Source of the DNA: Ginglymostoma cirratum
Lineage: Eukaryota
Direction: 5' to 3'
DNA: 64,000 nt
Assembly: GCA_024137785.1 (NCBI GenBank)
Contig: JAHRHZ010000267.1
Coordinates: 21,475,307-21,539,306, forward strand
Shown here: positions 50,339 through 64,000 of the stretch, piece after piece
How the letters are laid out: each line of letters starts with the position of its first letter
How positions within the stretch are numbered: the first letter of the stretch is position 1
Program-made: the position numbers and the translations under genes
Notes under the pieces: model-generated
What the model saw: only the letters and a program-made list of their open reading frames with translations
What the model was told of the DNA's origin: nothing
The model's database searches: none

Positions 50339-50914
50339 CTTTTATACAGGGGAAAAAAAAGATTATATGCATTAATGTCTTTACATTCTGCTTGAATGTG
50401 ACCTGTATTCATTTGCTATATTTTTTGTTACAATGAACCCTCATTATGTCTCCGATTAACATTTTGTGGTTATTATAATAAGTATATGTAAGAACTCTTG
50501 AGTATCTGACAACAATGTTAGTATAGATTTTAACATTGCACTGTTGCAACATAGTACCTAGGGACACTTCTTTTGTTTGGTTAACTTCTAACCAGCATCT
50601 CAATTATAAAGGATTCAATGATTTCTTAATACCTAACTACCCGTTTAGCAGATATTTAACTCACCCATGAGGCTGACATTAAAAATGTTTTTTGTCATAG
50701 CTTTAATCTTACTTGTCTGATCCCTAATGAATAACAATTTTCTGCAAAGCTTTCACCAGAGACCGTGCAAACAAATGCAAGAGATCAGGCAACACTTCAC
50801 TAATATTGAAGATGTAAAGAAATGTCAGCAGCAGAATTTCACATAAATAACAGTTATGACTGAATGGGTAATGACCTGTCCTGTACCAGGGCTGGTATGA
50901 GCGATAACATTCTT

Positions 50915-51365
50915 GGGGAAGTAGCGGCTTAGTAATAATGTCACTAGTAATCTGGAATACCAGGTTAATGTTCTGGGAGCATGTTTTCAAATCTCACCAT
51001 GGCAGATGGTGAATTTTGAACCCCATGAAAGTATGAGATTAAAAATTTGGTCTAATGGTTAAGGTAGTTTGTTAGAGTCCCAGAGGACCACAGGGCTTCT
51101 CTCTAATTAGAAAGACTTGAATAATGGTGGATTCAACCTGAGAGTCACCGTGGTTCGGATAAGGGATGAGATTGAGAAAGTAGGATCTTCTCATGAAAAC
51201 TCATCTGGTTAACTAATGCCTTTTTGAAAAGGAAATCCACCCTCCTTTTCTGGGGCTGGCCTCCGTGTAACTCCTGACCCACAGCAATGTGGTTGACTCT
51301 CAATTGCCCTTTACAGTCAATAAATGGTGGCCATAATAGGGCCATCCACATCTTAACGAATGATT
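50915..51365 (+). mobile_element. tRNA-headed SINE (same family as 36010-36347) carrying a nested antisense SINE fragment at about 51065-51190
   Basis: gtcactagtaatctgg...caaatctcaccatggcagatggtgaatttt head; cacagcaatgtggttgactctcaattgccc core; foreign segment in between. Confidence 0.65.
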
Positions 51366-54300
51366 TTTGTTTTAAAAAGTGAAATTTAAAATGAAATTTT
51401 GGAATCTCCTCCTTAAGTATATATGCCTTTCTTTTAACTCAAGCATAATGCTGAGTTTAACTCTTTTTAATGTAAGTTACTTTGTACAACAAAAGTTTAA
51501 CATTGTCGTGGCTGCATTGTTTAAGAAAACCTTAAATTGTGGCTGTTTAGAGGAATGTGTTTGTGCTGAGAATGGGGGTAAATATCCTAACAATGTTGAT
51601 AAATGTATTCTGTGGAAGCTGTTAATTACTCAATGGTTGCCATCTTTCTGATTTTTACGCGCACATTTTCCAACATTTATAAAGACACTGTAAATATAGA
51701 TTCTTTTAAGGCACGCTCATTATATTTAAAAGCTAACCAATGGCAGGTTACACTTACCTTGCACAACATTAAAAATTTAGAACTACATCTGGTGGGTAAT
51801 ATGCATGCCATTATCAATGCTACTAAATAGGCCATTTCAAATGTGGGGCAGACAGTGATATGTACACTGAATTTTGAAACATAATTAGGTATACAAAAGG
51901 AACACTTGGTGTAAGTTTCATTCACAGTTTTACATTCAATCAGACCTTTTCCACTGTTGGGGGATTATCTAATGCACGTGCACACTTTTGGAAATAATGG
52001 TCCTGGAGCTAGATATAAAAGTTTGAACTTCACCTTTGGCATCTATCATGGCTGGGTTCTGTTCACGTTAACCAGCGGTCACTAGTGATCAGAGGAAGCA
52101 GGCAATACCTCAGTTAAAGGGAACTTTGGAGCCTCAATAGTACTAATTAGTTACTTTATCATCAGAGGCAACAATCAACAACCAGAAATTCAATAACTTC
52201 CTACTAGGAAATTATGCCAAGGCAATTAACAGGAACAAAGTTAGATAAATTGAAGTAATTTTGCTTATTTAAAATCTTCTAAAAATGTTTTACATTACGA
52301 CTAAATACTTCTAGCAGCAGATGTGCAGATGTTCTTCTCACCAAGGGGTATTATTGATTTAAATTATTATCACTTCTAATCATTAAACTATTTATTACTC
52401 TATTCCAGTAGAACAAATCTTCAAAGCAATATTGCAGAATTTTGACTGGTCACATGACAGTTGAGCTCCACAAAGTTCCTTAGGCACATTTTGAGTATAT
52501 CTTTCAACTCTTCATGTGTACACAGCATCATACGTGTTGTGCATACTCGACAGAAGTTCATTCTTCTTTTACTCGGAACTGTGTGTCAAGAAAAATCAGC
52601 TTCTGTTGCTATAGAATAAACCAAGTATGTCACTCATGATGGCAGAATTGAAATGAGAGTGATAGCAGGGCATGTATTGTTTTGGGAGTGATAACCTTTA
52701 TTCAAAAACGTATCAGAATTCAACATAGGTCCTTTTGACGGAATAACATCTCGGTTTGCAAAAATTCATGTGGTCTTGCTTTGCTTCCAATAGCTGGAAC
52801 ATCAATGTGCAGAAAACCGTAAGGTTAAAATGGTCAATTCTTGAATGGATAAGTAGCCTATACATTTTAACTGGCCTCCCATCATGTTTGCACCTCTACA
52901 TTGGAATTCAAATCAATACACTATCTTTTATTTAACATTGGTTTACATCATAATTTTTGTATCATACATATGAAATAAAATTATGTACAGGTTTTCTTTT
53001 ATATATGAATACAGGCACAATCCTCTTTTTCCCCCAAGTGCGGGAGTCTGTCAGGTGGCAAATAATACGGCACCACGCTCGGTGAAATGCTCATTGGACC
53101 ACTTACCAACCAGATTGTTAGAGTTGACGGGCATGTGAGACAATTATCTCACCCTATCACAGAGCTAGAAGCAAGCCCAGAAGGTTCCAGCTTCTCTTTG
53201 AAGTTTGACCAGCCTACTCCTCGGGATCGAGTGGTGGAAAGGTGTTTTTCTTCTTTCTCCTTATCATGGCGGGTGGTTGCAGAGCAGAAGGGGTTAGGTG
53301 GTTGGAGGAAAGGTTGGAGCATTTGTTTTTACAGGCTGACCACTGACCATCCCCACCCCATCACCTTGTCTTCCTACTGTCCACAAAGTGTCAGCAGGCA
53401 AGTTGTCTTGGTTTCCCAATTGGGAAATTGTTAGCAAGTCAAGTGTGCTATGGACCTCCTCACCCACCACATAATTGCCAAGGTGATGAGAAAGAGCTGA
53501 GCTTCTCTCCAGGGCATTCAATTATCTGCCCTTTTCACCATGTCTCTCCTCACCGCCAGGGTGAGGGAGAATTGCACTGTGTGTATATACGTAGCAAGCA
53601 TTTCTGACAAAGTACACTCCCAGCTAAAACATATTCCATGTGCAATGTTATACTTTGTATAAACCCACTTGGTAGTGAAACGGCATTGTACATAAACAAT
53701 TGATTTCTGGTGTCAAGTCTGCACAAGCTTAATTATTGAAAATGTTGACTCTTTATAGCTTGGTAAGTTAGAGCCTATTTCAAAATAGAGAATTTTTAAA
53801 AAAATTCTGACTCCCATTTTCAAATAATTGGAGCTTAAACGGAGGCCTGGATTCTGAAATACAGTAATCTGAACAACACTACTGCGCAGAATGGAGCCTC
53901 CAGTCATGGTTCCATCCCTAATGACAAGGACATGGTTGTTCAGCTAGTGGAAGCAGGAACCCACTGGTGTACTCTCATTACTGAGTCGCCTGAACAATTG
54001 AAATTTCTCAACCACTTCCTGCTACCCCTGGAGAGGGAGCTGCAGGCCATACAAATCTTCCTTCTCTCATTGCAATCCAAAGCTGGTAGATCAAGAATCG
54101 AGGGATGATCTCTTGGAGGTCCATTTGAATTCAATTCTTGCTTCGAGGCCTACACGTAACCCAGAACCATGACTAGACCCTCAAAAACATCCCTTGGCAT
54201 TCATTTAAGTGGAACCAGCTTTTTTTTTTTTGCAGGGCCATTATAGCAATCAAGGTCAACATGTAGTTAGGAAAATGAATAACCCATAGGAAAGCTCAGG

Positions 54301-57300
54301 ATATAAGTCTGTTGGAAACGTTATCCAGTGGGGTGCTGGGAGTAGCCTAAAATCTCCAAGTGTTATTAGACAGCAGGTAGAGAAAGCTTGCACTGAATTA
54401 TTCACCAATCAAAAACAGCAATCGTATTGTGAACGAGACACAAATCTAGTAGATCCAAATTCCACTTCAAATTCTGCTGGCTCCCATTCTGACCACACCA
54501 GAACCCCATGCCAAGATTGGAAACTCTGCATATGGGACAAGACCAGGCCAGTAACACTGGAAATTGATCGGAGGAGGAGGGCTTATTCAGATGTCAATTC
54601 AATTAATGGTATTAACAGGTGTACATAAAACAGATGACACGTGAACACTTAGTCAACAGAGTTCAATCCATCTCTCTCAACCATTTAATTATGAATGATT
54701 ATCAGCTCTGTCGTCTTAGCGTTCAGTTTCAGCAGTAATTATGAGCTCATCCATGAATAACTTTGCAAATGGAAGGTCATTTGAGACAAATATTAAGGGA
54801 AAAAATTGAAATATAACACCATCATTGCCAAATCAGTAGTTGCAGCTGTCCAAGGAAACATGTTCAGATATATAACTTTGCATATCTCCATTCTTTTCAG
54901 CTATTAAATTTGTTCTGCGCGAGAAGCAATTTTTTTTTTTTTTTTGCAAGCCTGCATTAATCTCTTGTGGAATTCATGGGCAGAACCTTTGTCCTCTCTT
55001 TATTTAGTAAAATTTATTTCAGTCCATTCCCTGATCAACTATAATTGTGATCCTTCCAGCAAAAGCACAGTGAAAGTAACTACTGATGCGGATACAAACG
55101 GACTTTCTGTATATCTTTGTTTGGTGCTTGATCAATAGTAGTACTTAAGTAGCGTTTAAGTAACTCATGGTGTTTGAGAATGTAGCTATCAATTGTAGCA
55201 GAAGCAGGCAAATTCGACCCCCTTTCCCACAACAGTACCACTATATACATATAGATGTCACACATGGATATTTGGCACATACAAATTACAATGTTAAATT
55301 ACACTTGCATGCAAATGATTTCCATATAATTAGAATGTTTACAAATAGGCATCAAATAGTGGTTTAATGTACCAGATTGTACTGATGATGTGATGAGTTG
55401 TTTGGAGTTCTCAAGAAGACCCATGGGTGTTAAACTAATTGCTGCAAAGAATGAGGATCCCTGTGTTCATGACTGGCTATAAATCCTCCCATCCCTGCAG
55501 GCCAAGGAATTCCTCGTGAGTTTGATACTGTTATTCTTGCTGAAGGGTTAGATACAGAGAGTATTTTCTGATTGGCAGTAATGCTTAACATATGACATGA
55601 ACTGAGCACCATAATGTCACTCTAACATTATGATATGGCCAAAATATGTAACCAATTTAGACACTCTGCTATAAGGTGCAGGAAAATTACAAATTAAATT
55701 AATTTGGTTTCTGTTCCAATTTCTCTCCCATCATTTCCACGTCTGAAAGTTTTTGAGGATATGATTTTTGAAATACTACCAAGTACTTCAGTATCAAGTG
55801 ATCATACTTGCCCACCACATTCTGATGGCTTTCTGAAATCTGAAGTTTTTTGGCACCCTTTAACCCATTTTCAGTTATTTTCTATGCAGATGAATAATTT
55901 TGGCATTCTTCCAAAGCTACCGTTCACACAAAATTTGCACATGCACACACATACATCATTACATCTTAGTGGTCTGAGCAGGTGAGTTTCGGCAAGGTTG
56001 TATAATCTGACAGCGTGGCATGACCGGCTGTGTTTTGACCCCGTGGTAGTGGGGGACTGTACTTTTTCCTTACCCCACAAAGATTCACTCTTACCTCAAG
56101 GAAGTGAACTATTGGATCATAAATTAAACACCATCTGAGATAACTTGACACCTCACTGAGCAATTGAATTCATGAGTACCAGTTAAAAATGTACGACTAT
56201 GAAACAGAGTCCATAAGATGATACATTAAATGAAACTGTGCTTTGTTAAGATTAGCTGTGGCTATTATATCATCCACTAGTGGTGTTACATTTCAACAGT
56301 AATGACTTTAATACTCGCTGTTCAGATTGGCAACATGAGATCTATAAGAAGTATACTTCAAATTAGTTTAATCATGCGCCTGAATTTTCAGTTAGCTTTT
56401 ATTCAATTTATTCGCAACATGAGATTTCAGGTCTCAAATGATTATTTAAAGTGATAGTTCAATGTCTGACAAAATTACACCTTGGATAAGATTTTGCACT
56501 AACTTTATTGTTGCTTGCCTACTAAAATGTTCCAAAATCTGTCATCGAATTAAAAAAGGTACTTGGGAAGCTGATTCTGTGCGTACTTCAGATGCACTTT
56601 TGAAAAAACAAAGCTATGCTTTTTTAAAGCTGAGGATATGGGTCTGCTTTAGTAATGTATTGCTGGTAATCTATTAGTGTTCACGTAACACTAACAATAC
56701 ATGATCTGTCTATCACTTTAGACTAAATTCACTAATATCTTCTTCACTACAATTGTGTTTCTCCTTTGAGACATTTTCAACAACTACCATTGTTGGCTTT
56801 ATTCAATGGCTTGTGAACTGCAAGTTTTCTGAATTAACCCAAGTCATTTAACAGGATTCTGTCATTATTTGGCACAGACCACTGTCTTGGAACTGTGCAA
56901 TAGGGGTAGCAATATGCTCTGCTCTTCAATAACACACAGCACTTGCACCATGTCCTCTATCGAGACAATCGCAGAAGGACAATGGCTTTTATTAGCTTCC
57001 CAAAAGGTTAAGCTAAGGAAAGAATTCTTAATCATATTTAGTGTCAATTTTGTCCATTCTCCAAATAATTTAGAATGAGAAAATATTTAATGGTTAATAA
57101 TAAAAAATATCTACAAGAACTCTGATCTCAGTGAAATATTTTAAATGACTTTATCACATAACAAATATTGGATAAAGTACATAACAATATCTAGTTTAAT
57201 TCTTCCTATTATTCAAATTCTTTATAATAGTCTAGTTTATAAATATACAGGATAAATGTGCCATACAAAGTAATACAATTTGTAAGATGCACCAATGCAA

Positions 57301-59669
57301 ATTTGATTTCTTTTGCAGTCTTCCTATTATTTAAGCGTTGTTAGAGTAATATATCCATTCAGTTGTTTCAACTGAATGTACTGGTGATGCTCAGTGGAGT
57401 AGTCGTGTTGGAAATTAATATTTTTATTGCATACTGGTGTGTCGTATTTAAAATGAGAACACATTAAATTGGTAATAGAGAAATCTTAAAATCAATGTGC
57501 ATGAGATTGCTCATTATGCAGATAGAGATCTGTGGGTAAACAAGCAGGTGGTGTTTTTCATTACAGATTTGAAGACTGATTATTTTTGATGATAATATGA
57601 ATTAAATTTCTTCTCTGTAGAGTTCTGACTATTACATAAGGGAACATTCTTAATAGATAGAGAATGCCTACAGCAACACTAATGGCTTTGGTAAATACCT
57701 GAGGCAAATGTGCTGTCACCTTGACATCCATAATTCACCGGATGCTTGCAGAGAGATATTTGTAGTGGTGTATTAATTATAACCTTCTGACCTTAAAGAA
57801 ACAATGGGGCGTCCTTCATTGTGAGTTAACACTTGGACTAAATTTGAAACAAAGTCAAATTTATGACAGACTGGGACTATACAGTAATCATTAATTGTAT
57901 CAGTGTTTCCGTTGGGGTTTTCACCCTGACGTATACAAAAAGTTTAATCAAGTACATCAGGTTGAATAAGGTAAATAAGGAGAGAAACTCGTGATAGCAG
58001 GTAAATTTAGTAGTAATGTCAGTTGTTTTTCCACACAAAGCATAATTAATTCTTGAAAAGTACTTCTAGGTAGAACAGTGGAAGCAAAATCATTTAGGAA
58101 ACTATTCGATGTTTCAGAGATGGAACTGTCAGACTTTCTGGATGGGAATAATCCAGGTTGGTTGGATTCATCTCCTGCCCATATCTACCTTGTCACCTTT
58201 GGTGGTGTTAAAGTCCTGAAATTTTGCAAGTTGCACCTACTCTAATTCAAGTAAACCAGCATTTCGTTCTCTGTACTGGGAAGCCACTAATGTAAAACAC
58301 TCTCTGATTAAAAAATATGCTCCTCAGAGTACTGTATCATTAACATACTAGACTTTGTTCCCTTGATAAGGCCAACGATCATTTATTGTGAAAGAAAAAA
58401 ATCTCAATTTTAGACCTGAATATTGAGATCACAGCTTCTAAGTCAGTCTAGATACTAAAGGTGCTCATCAATGTTATGGCCAGCCACAAGTTCAATAAAA
58501 ATTCTTTTATGTTAAGAGACACTTTCATTCAAGTTGAAATAAAAGCAAAATGTGATTTACACCATGACAAAAAGAACCTTCTTTAACATGACTGAATTGT
58601 AGCACACAGGTCCAATCATTTTGTGGAGTTATATGTATGTAAAATGAATTGCTATGAAATGCACTTTCATTGTGCACTGTCATTAAAGTTTGATCAAACT
58701 TGAGATTTAAAGCTCAGAGAGGTTTATAAGTGCACTAAAACCAAGTGGCATGAGATCGCCTCCCTGAGACTTATTCTCACAGGTTGCGTTTGCACTTAGA
58801 GCAAAATAACTTCATGCTTCATTTGCGTCTTTTCCTAGGAAAAGAAAATTGGAAGCAAAAGACTTGACCACAGTTGATGCTGCCCTCAAACATTTTTTAA
58901 AATGCTTTGAACCTTCACAGCAGGCAATGTAGAAACTGGAAAACAATTTTTAACATTTCTTTTACTTACGGGTAAGTGCTTGTCAAAGATTTTTGCTATA
59001 TGAAAATGTTGAACTAGTAATAAGTTTTAATAACTGACCTATATGTTAATTAGCTTGCTATCACCAACACTACAATGTTTGTGGATTAGAATATCAGGCT
59101 TATTATCACCTGACTCTTAAAGAAAACTTATTGCAAAACAAGTCAAAAGTAGCTCAACAAAATGTATGGGGAACATGCTTTTTTAATTCAGTATCTACTA
59201 ATTAAAACATGATTCTCAGGCCCCCAAGGATTCCCTAAATCCTCAGGATAACCCAATGCAAATTCACTAACATGTCAGCATGCTTTCAACAGCTAGTCCA
59301 CACAGGGTTTAGGGATGCTTCTATCTGTAAATACTTTCAAAATAATATCCAAAACAGGTATTTTTGCGCAAAAGGTTACGGCATTTAGAACAGTTGACTG
59401 TTGTCTGCGTGAGAATCTCATCTACAGTTTAGTTTCTCGCAGTCGTAACTGATGCTTGACAGCTAGACACTTGCCTTGACACCAGTTAGGGGATGCAAGT
59501 GGGTGTTGGTCCTAGTTACCGATGCAATCAGTGCCTGGTGTACCAATACCAAAGGTTCAGGATCTGTTCACAACAGTCTTCTTATCCCTACGGATTTATG
59601 GTTTATTACTTTCCATTTTCCAGCTAAACTGGATGACAAGATTGTGCCAAGCAGGATAATTAAGGAGGA

Positions 59670-59793
59670 GAGATAGCAAGAGCTGCAGATGCTGGAGTCA
59701 GAGATAACAAGATGTGGAGCTGGAGGAACACAGCAGGCCAGGGAGCATCAGGAGAGCAGGAAAGTTGACGTTTCGGGTCGGGGCCCTTCTTCA
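59670..59793 (-). mobile_element. Solo Penelope pLTR fragment with a damaged hammerhead
   Basis: Reverse complement matches 15703-15792 and extends into the sequence seen inverted at 15315-15362; the core reads TTGAAGA-A-GGGC(CCCG)ACCC-GAAACGTC. Confidence 0.85.
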
Positions 59794-61351
59794 AAAAAAG
59801 CCAGGAGGATTTGGGATCAGTGGGATTTTGTAATGTCTGTGCATTGTACACTACACACTTCGTGAGAAATGTGCAAGGATTGAAATACAAAGGAGTGGAG
59901 GTGTCTCCCATTAGGCATGAGAAGTCAGGTGTGACCTATAACAGTTCCGATTCAGAACACCAGACGATGGCCCTGCAGCACACTCTGAGCACGTTTCTAT
60001 GCTGTATGACTCCATGACTTTATGTTGGCACCAGCACGATTGCAATGAGGCAAATCAGGAATGGGAAATGTGAAGAGAAATTTTACAATAGTGCTTAATC
60101 CCATTCTTCTCAATTGCATTCCAGAGGATGAGGAGCCTTGCTCATTGCAAACAAAGCAGAAAGATTTATTTGGAAATAACGGACTCACATCTTTGCCTCT
60201 ATGTGGTGGAGGGGGATGGGAGAAGAGTGGAAAATGTGTTCATTTATACATGGAGTATTTTCTGCCTCCAATATCATAACTGAACCTTCCCAAATCAGGT
60301 ACAACATTAGGCATAATTGAGTTTGGTTCAATGGGCCTCAAGTCCAGCAGGATAATAGCAAGAAAGACAGGGAATAGGACAGTAAGTCCTTCTATTGCCT
60401 CATTGCCCTGGCCTGATTCCTATCCTATCAACACAGCAAGGCCTGCTGCTGGTTATTGGCTCCCCTAGGTAAGGAGTGGGGACCTAGCCCCTTAACTGAA
60501 ACTTTTCCATGCACCCTGTATACTAACTTCTAGGACTACCCAGTGAAGATGGTACAGACCCAACACTACCAATGAGTGCACAAGAGGCAGCCTAGAAAAG
60601 GCTGCTCATCCCTTTAGTTTAGCCCTAACAGGTCACAGATTTGGATTTCAGACTAAGTCGAGGTGAACCAAGAAAGCTAATCCACCTGAATCTTTGAGAT
60701 CTGCAGGTGCGACCAGCAGGAAATCTAAAAGATCACTTTTGGATCCGGGGACTACGCATTCCCACATCCAGGTGAAACTGCCAGAGAAGAATGAGGTAAA
60801 GAAGAGATCACTTACTCCGCAGCATGAGGTAGCCTCCTAGTAGTAATTGGCTCTGTTAGTCTGGATCAGATCAGGGCTGGTACCAGAATCTTGCTAAGGT
60901 GATCACTGTGGGTGAACCCCAGCAGATCACTGGAAGGGGCCCAGAAACCCCTACCCCTTCACCCTGGAGCCACACCTAGGTCATAGAGCCAGAGCAGCAG
61001 CATCAAGCCGCTACAGAGCCCTCCTCACTGATCTCTTTGCAGCAATGGATGCAAATCATTTTAAACAATTTTTGTATTCTTCATCTTTAGGCACCCTTGA
61101 CGTTCTGTTGCTGCAGCGTCCATCTCTCCTGTTACCAGCACAACTCGGTGTGCCCTCACTTGGTGCCAGCTGGGTACTGGGTCAACCCAAGTCCTGAATT
61201 AGATGGCACTCTCCAGGTGGCCTCTAAAATCAGCCAGCTCCAAAGGAATTGTTTGGACAGGGGTACAGACATCAACAGCAGGGTTGGAGTTCACATTTGG
61301 TCCTGATTGTGGCATACGATTTAAATTGTTTGTCATTGGTCATGCCTCTTC

Positions 61352-61835
61352 AACTGAAAGTAGGAACAGTAGGGCATTCGGTCCCTGGAGCCTGCTGTAC
61401 CATTCAGTATGTAATCCAAGTTAGCACCCTGTTCCTGCTTTCCCTCCCATATTTTGACCTCTTCAGCCCCAAAAGTTATATTTATTTCCTTCTTGAAAAA
61501 GTTCAATGTTTTGGTTTTAACCTCTTTCTGTAGCAGAGAATTCCACAGGCTCATCACTCTCTGGGTGAAGCCATTTCTTCCTTGTCTCAGTCCTAAATGG
61601 CCTACCTGTTATCCTTAGACTGCGACCCCTGGTTCTGGAATTCCCAGGTTCGGGAGCATCCTTCCTGAATTTCCAGTCCTGTTAGAATTTTATAGGTTGC
61701 TTTGAAATCCCACACCACCCACCCACCCCCACCTGCCCCGTGCCATTCTTCCAAACAACAACGAATACAGTCCTAACTGATCCAGTCTCTCTTCATACGT
61801 CAGACTTGGCACCCCCGGAATCAGTGTGTTAGCCT
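61352..61835 (-). mobile_element. CR1 LINE 3' fragment
   Basis: Minus ORF MMSLWNSLLQKEVKTKTLNFFKKEINI is a CR1 C-terminus; 3' UTR gtagggcattcggtccctggagcctgct. Confidence 0.85.
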
Positions 61836-63034
61836 GATAAAGATCCTATGCCACCTGCAGAAGTGACCCCGGTCCCAGAAGGGTGAACAAAAGCCCTGTC
61901 CTGCCAGAACATCACTGCCACGAGGCAAATCCACACCATATTGCCAACAGTTTTGTATTACAAGTTAACGCTCTTGTAAACTGAGAGTCTAAACCCTTTT
62001 TTTGAATTCTTACCTTCTTCCCCAAGAAGCTATTTTTATCTCATTGTTTGAATGCACAGTGGAACCTTACTGATCTGTTTGGTTTTTACCACCCCCAAGT
62101 GATATAGGTGCTCTGTGAACCATTGGTATGTTATGGTTGCTGTACAGTGAAAAAGAGATTATCAAATCACAGTAATGTCACTTGAAGTCATGGGCGTTTA
62201 ATGCAAGTTGAAGGCTAGTATATCTAGGATGAGCTTAACTGTAGCTCAATAGTTGCATCACAATCTTTCTACCAATAGTAATAATTAATGTTCCAGTCTG
62301 CTTTATGCTGATATAAGGGATTCAAGCTGATGAAAGCATTCAGCTGTACCTCATGTTTTAATCAACTCTCTGACAGCCTTTCCTGCATAAAGTACACGAG
62401 AGTGGTCATTATAACCATATTTAACCATCGGTCAAGTGTGAGAAGATATTATGATAATACTCAACATTTGAAAGATTAATATCAAGAAATGAATATTTAA
62501 ATCCATACCTATGTTCCCAAACATTTAATCTTGTAAATCTAATCGTAAGGTGTCCTACAAGTTTTGCTGAAGGGCAGTGTAACTTGGTAAAGACTACTGA
62601 TGGTGTCCTGATATTGTACTGGATTCAAGAACAGGCAGTCTTAAACAGCACATTATTTTTCTTATTTTTGAGTAAGACAGATAAGAATCGTAAACCCCTT
62701 GATAAAAGCTGGGCAAAACAGCAAAAATGGAGATCTGCGCAGATTAGCATTCGGTCCATTTGCAACTGCAGATTCTTGTTTGATTTGAAGGATACGTTTG
62801 CTGCTCTTTTCCATTAATCAAGCTATTGCTGCTCCCTCACCAACCACACCCCCACCCGGATACTCTCATGTACATTCACAATGCTTGCCGCTTAATGTGG
62901 TGGGCTTCCTCCAGCAAAGCTGATGCGGTGCTCTTGCCTGATCTCCAATCTGTCGTCAAGACCCATGATGCAAGCAGTAACTCCTGCCTGTTAAGTCTCT
63001 TTAGTATATCGTGAAAGGATGGAGAAAAACAGAT

Positions 63035-63215
63035 GAAGGTAGGCTGGGGCTCTATCTCCTGAAAAGGAGAGCTGAGTGGTGATTTAATTGAGGTCTTTAG
63101 AATTAGTTAAGGTTTTAGTCTTACAGGGAAAAGATAAGAAAGTGGAGTTGAGGATTATCAGATAAGCAACGATCTCATTGGTTGAATCGACTCAATGAGC
63201 TGAATGGCCTACTGA
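63035..63215 (+). mobile_element. Collapsed CR1 3' fragment
   Basis: aggctggggctct...gagtggtgatttaattgaggtcttt (RGDLIEVF) and the tail gatctcattg...gctgaatggcctact. Confidence 0.55.
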
Positions 63216-63283
63216 TTGAACGGATAGAAAGAATGCTTTCCCTATGGGGAATTGAATAACTTAGAGGGTAGATTTGTTTTTAT

Positions 63284-64000
63284 TCAATCAGGGAACTTGA
63301 GCGTTGCTCGGCCTCGGTCGCCCCGGAGAAGGTGGTGGTGAGCTATGTTCTTGAACTGCTGTAGATTAGCCCATAATGCCCTTAGGATTTTTGATCCAGC
63401 GACAGTGAAGGAACGGCAAGATTTGCAAGTCAGGATGGTAAGTGGCTTGGAGGGGAACTTGAAGGTGGTTGTGTTCACACATATTTGCTGCTTTTGACCT
63501 TCTAGATGAATGTGGTCATGGGTTTGGAAAGTGCAGTCGTTGGATCTTTGGTGAATTGGTGCAGTACATCTTGCAGATAGAATACACTACTGCTACCGAT
63601 TGTTGGTGGTGCTAATTAAGCAGGCTGCTTTGTCCTAAATGGTGTCAACCGTCTTGAGCACTGTAGCTGAATTCATCCAGACAAATGGGGAGCATTCTAT
63701 CGCACTCCTGACTTGTGCCTTGTACATGGTAGACAGGCTTTGGGGAGTAATTTTCAGGCCCAAGTCTGAAAATTGTCTAGATCTTGTTGCATTTAAACAT
63801 GGCTTGCTTCAGCGTCTGAGGAGTCATAAATGGTGCTGAACATTGTGTAATCATTGGCAAAAACCCCCACTTCTGACCTTATGATGGAGGGAAGGTCATC
63901 GATGAAGTAGCTGAAGGTAGTTAGCTTTGGACACTACCCTGAAGGACTCAGGCAGAGATGTCCTGGAGCTGAGATGGCTGACCTCCAACAACCACATCCA
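63284..64000 (-). mobile_element. CR1-group LINE 3' fragment (second lineage), runs off the window
   Basis: Reverse complement is homologous to 43545-44390 (aagttcccctccaagccact, cgatagaatgctccccatt). Confidence 0.8.

Noticed and set aside
1-64000. The many 60-144 aa ORFs in the supplied track as independent genes
   Set aside because: They are chance ORFs, repeat-derived frames or frames overlapping the four real exons; the DNA is intron-rich eukaryotic sequence.
1-64000. CRISPR array, operon or prokaryotic defence system
   Set aside because: There are no regularly spaced direct repeats and no long ORFs, and the repeats are vertebrate types.
50339-64000. Next upstream DACH exon (SWDK...NHLQQ/NPLQQ-like)
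   Set aside because: I found no minus-strand segment with this peptide and splice sites; it probably lies beyond the window, though a miss by eye is possible.

Overview
This is AT-rich eukaryotic (not prokaryotic) DNA from a cartilaginous fish, judged by HE1-type V-SINEs, shark CR1/L2 LINEs and Penelope elements; a carpet shark is my guess. The whole window lies inside a large minus-strand Dachshund gene, most likely DACH2. Four internal coding exons can be read with canonical splice sites and matching phases (50338-50166, 39222-39087, 33513-33433, 3532-3387; 536 coding nt; introns 10,943, 5,573 and 29,900 bp). The introns hold decayed, often nested retroelements, PIF/Harbinger remnants and repeat-free blocks rich in transcription-factor motifs that look like conserved non-coding enhancers. 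The most striking non-obvious signal is a Penelope-like element end carrying an intact minimal hammerhead-ribozyme core (15702-15729, antisense to the gene), while the two Penelope copies in the gene's sense orientation have a damaged or missing core. No CRISPR, rRNA or bona fide tRNA is seen. Homology calls are from recalled sequences, not database searches, and repeat boundaries are approximate.
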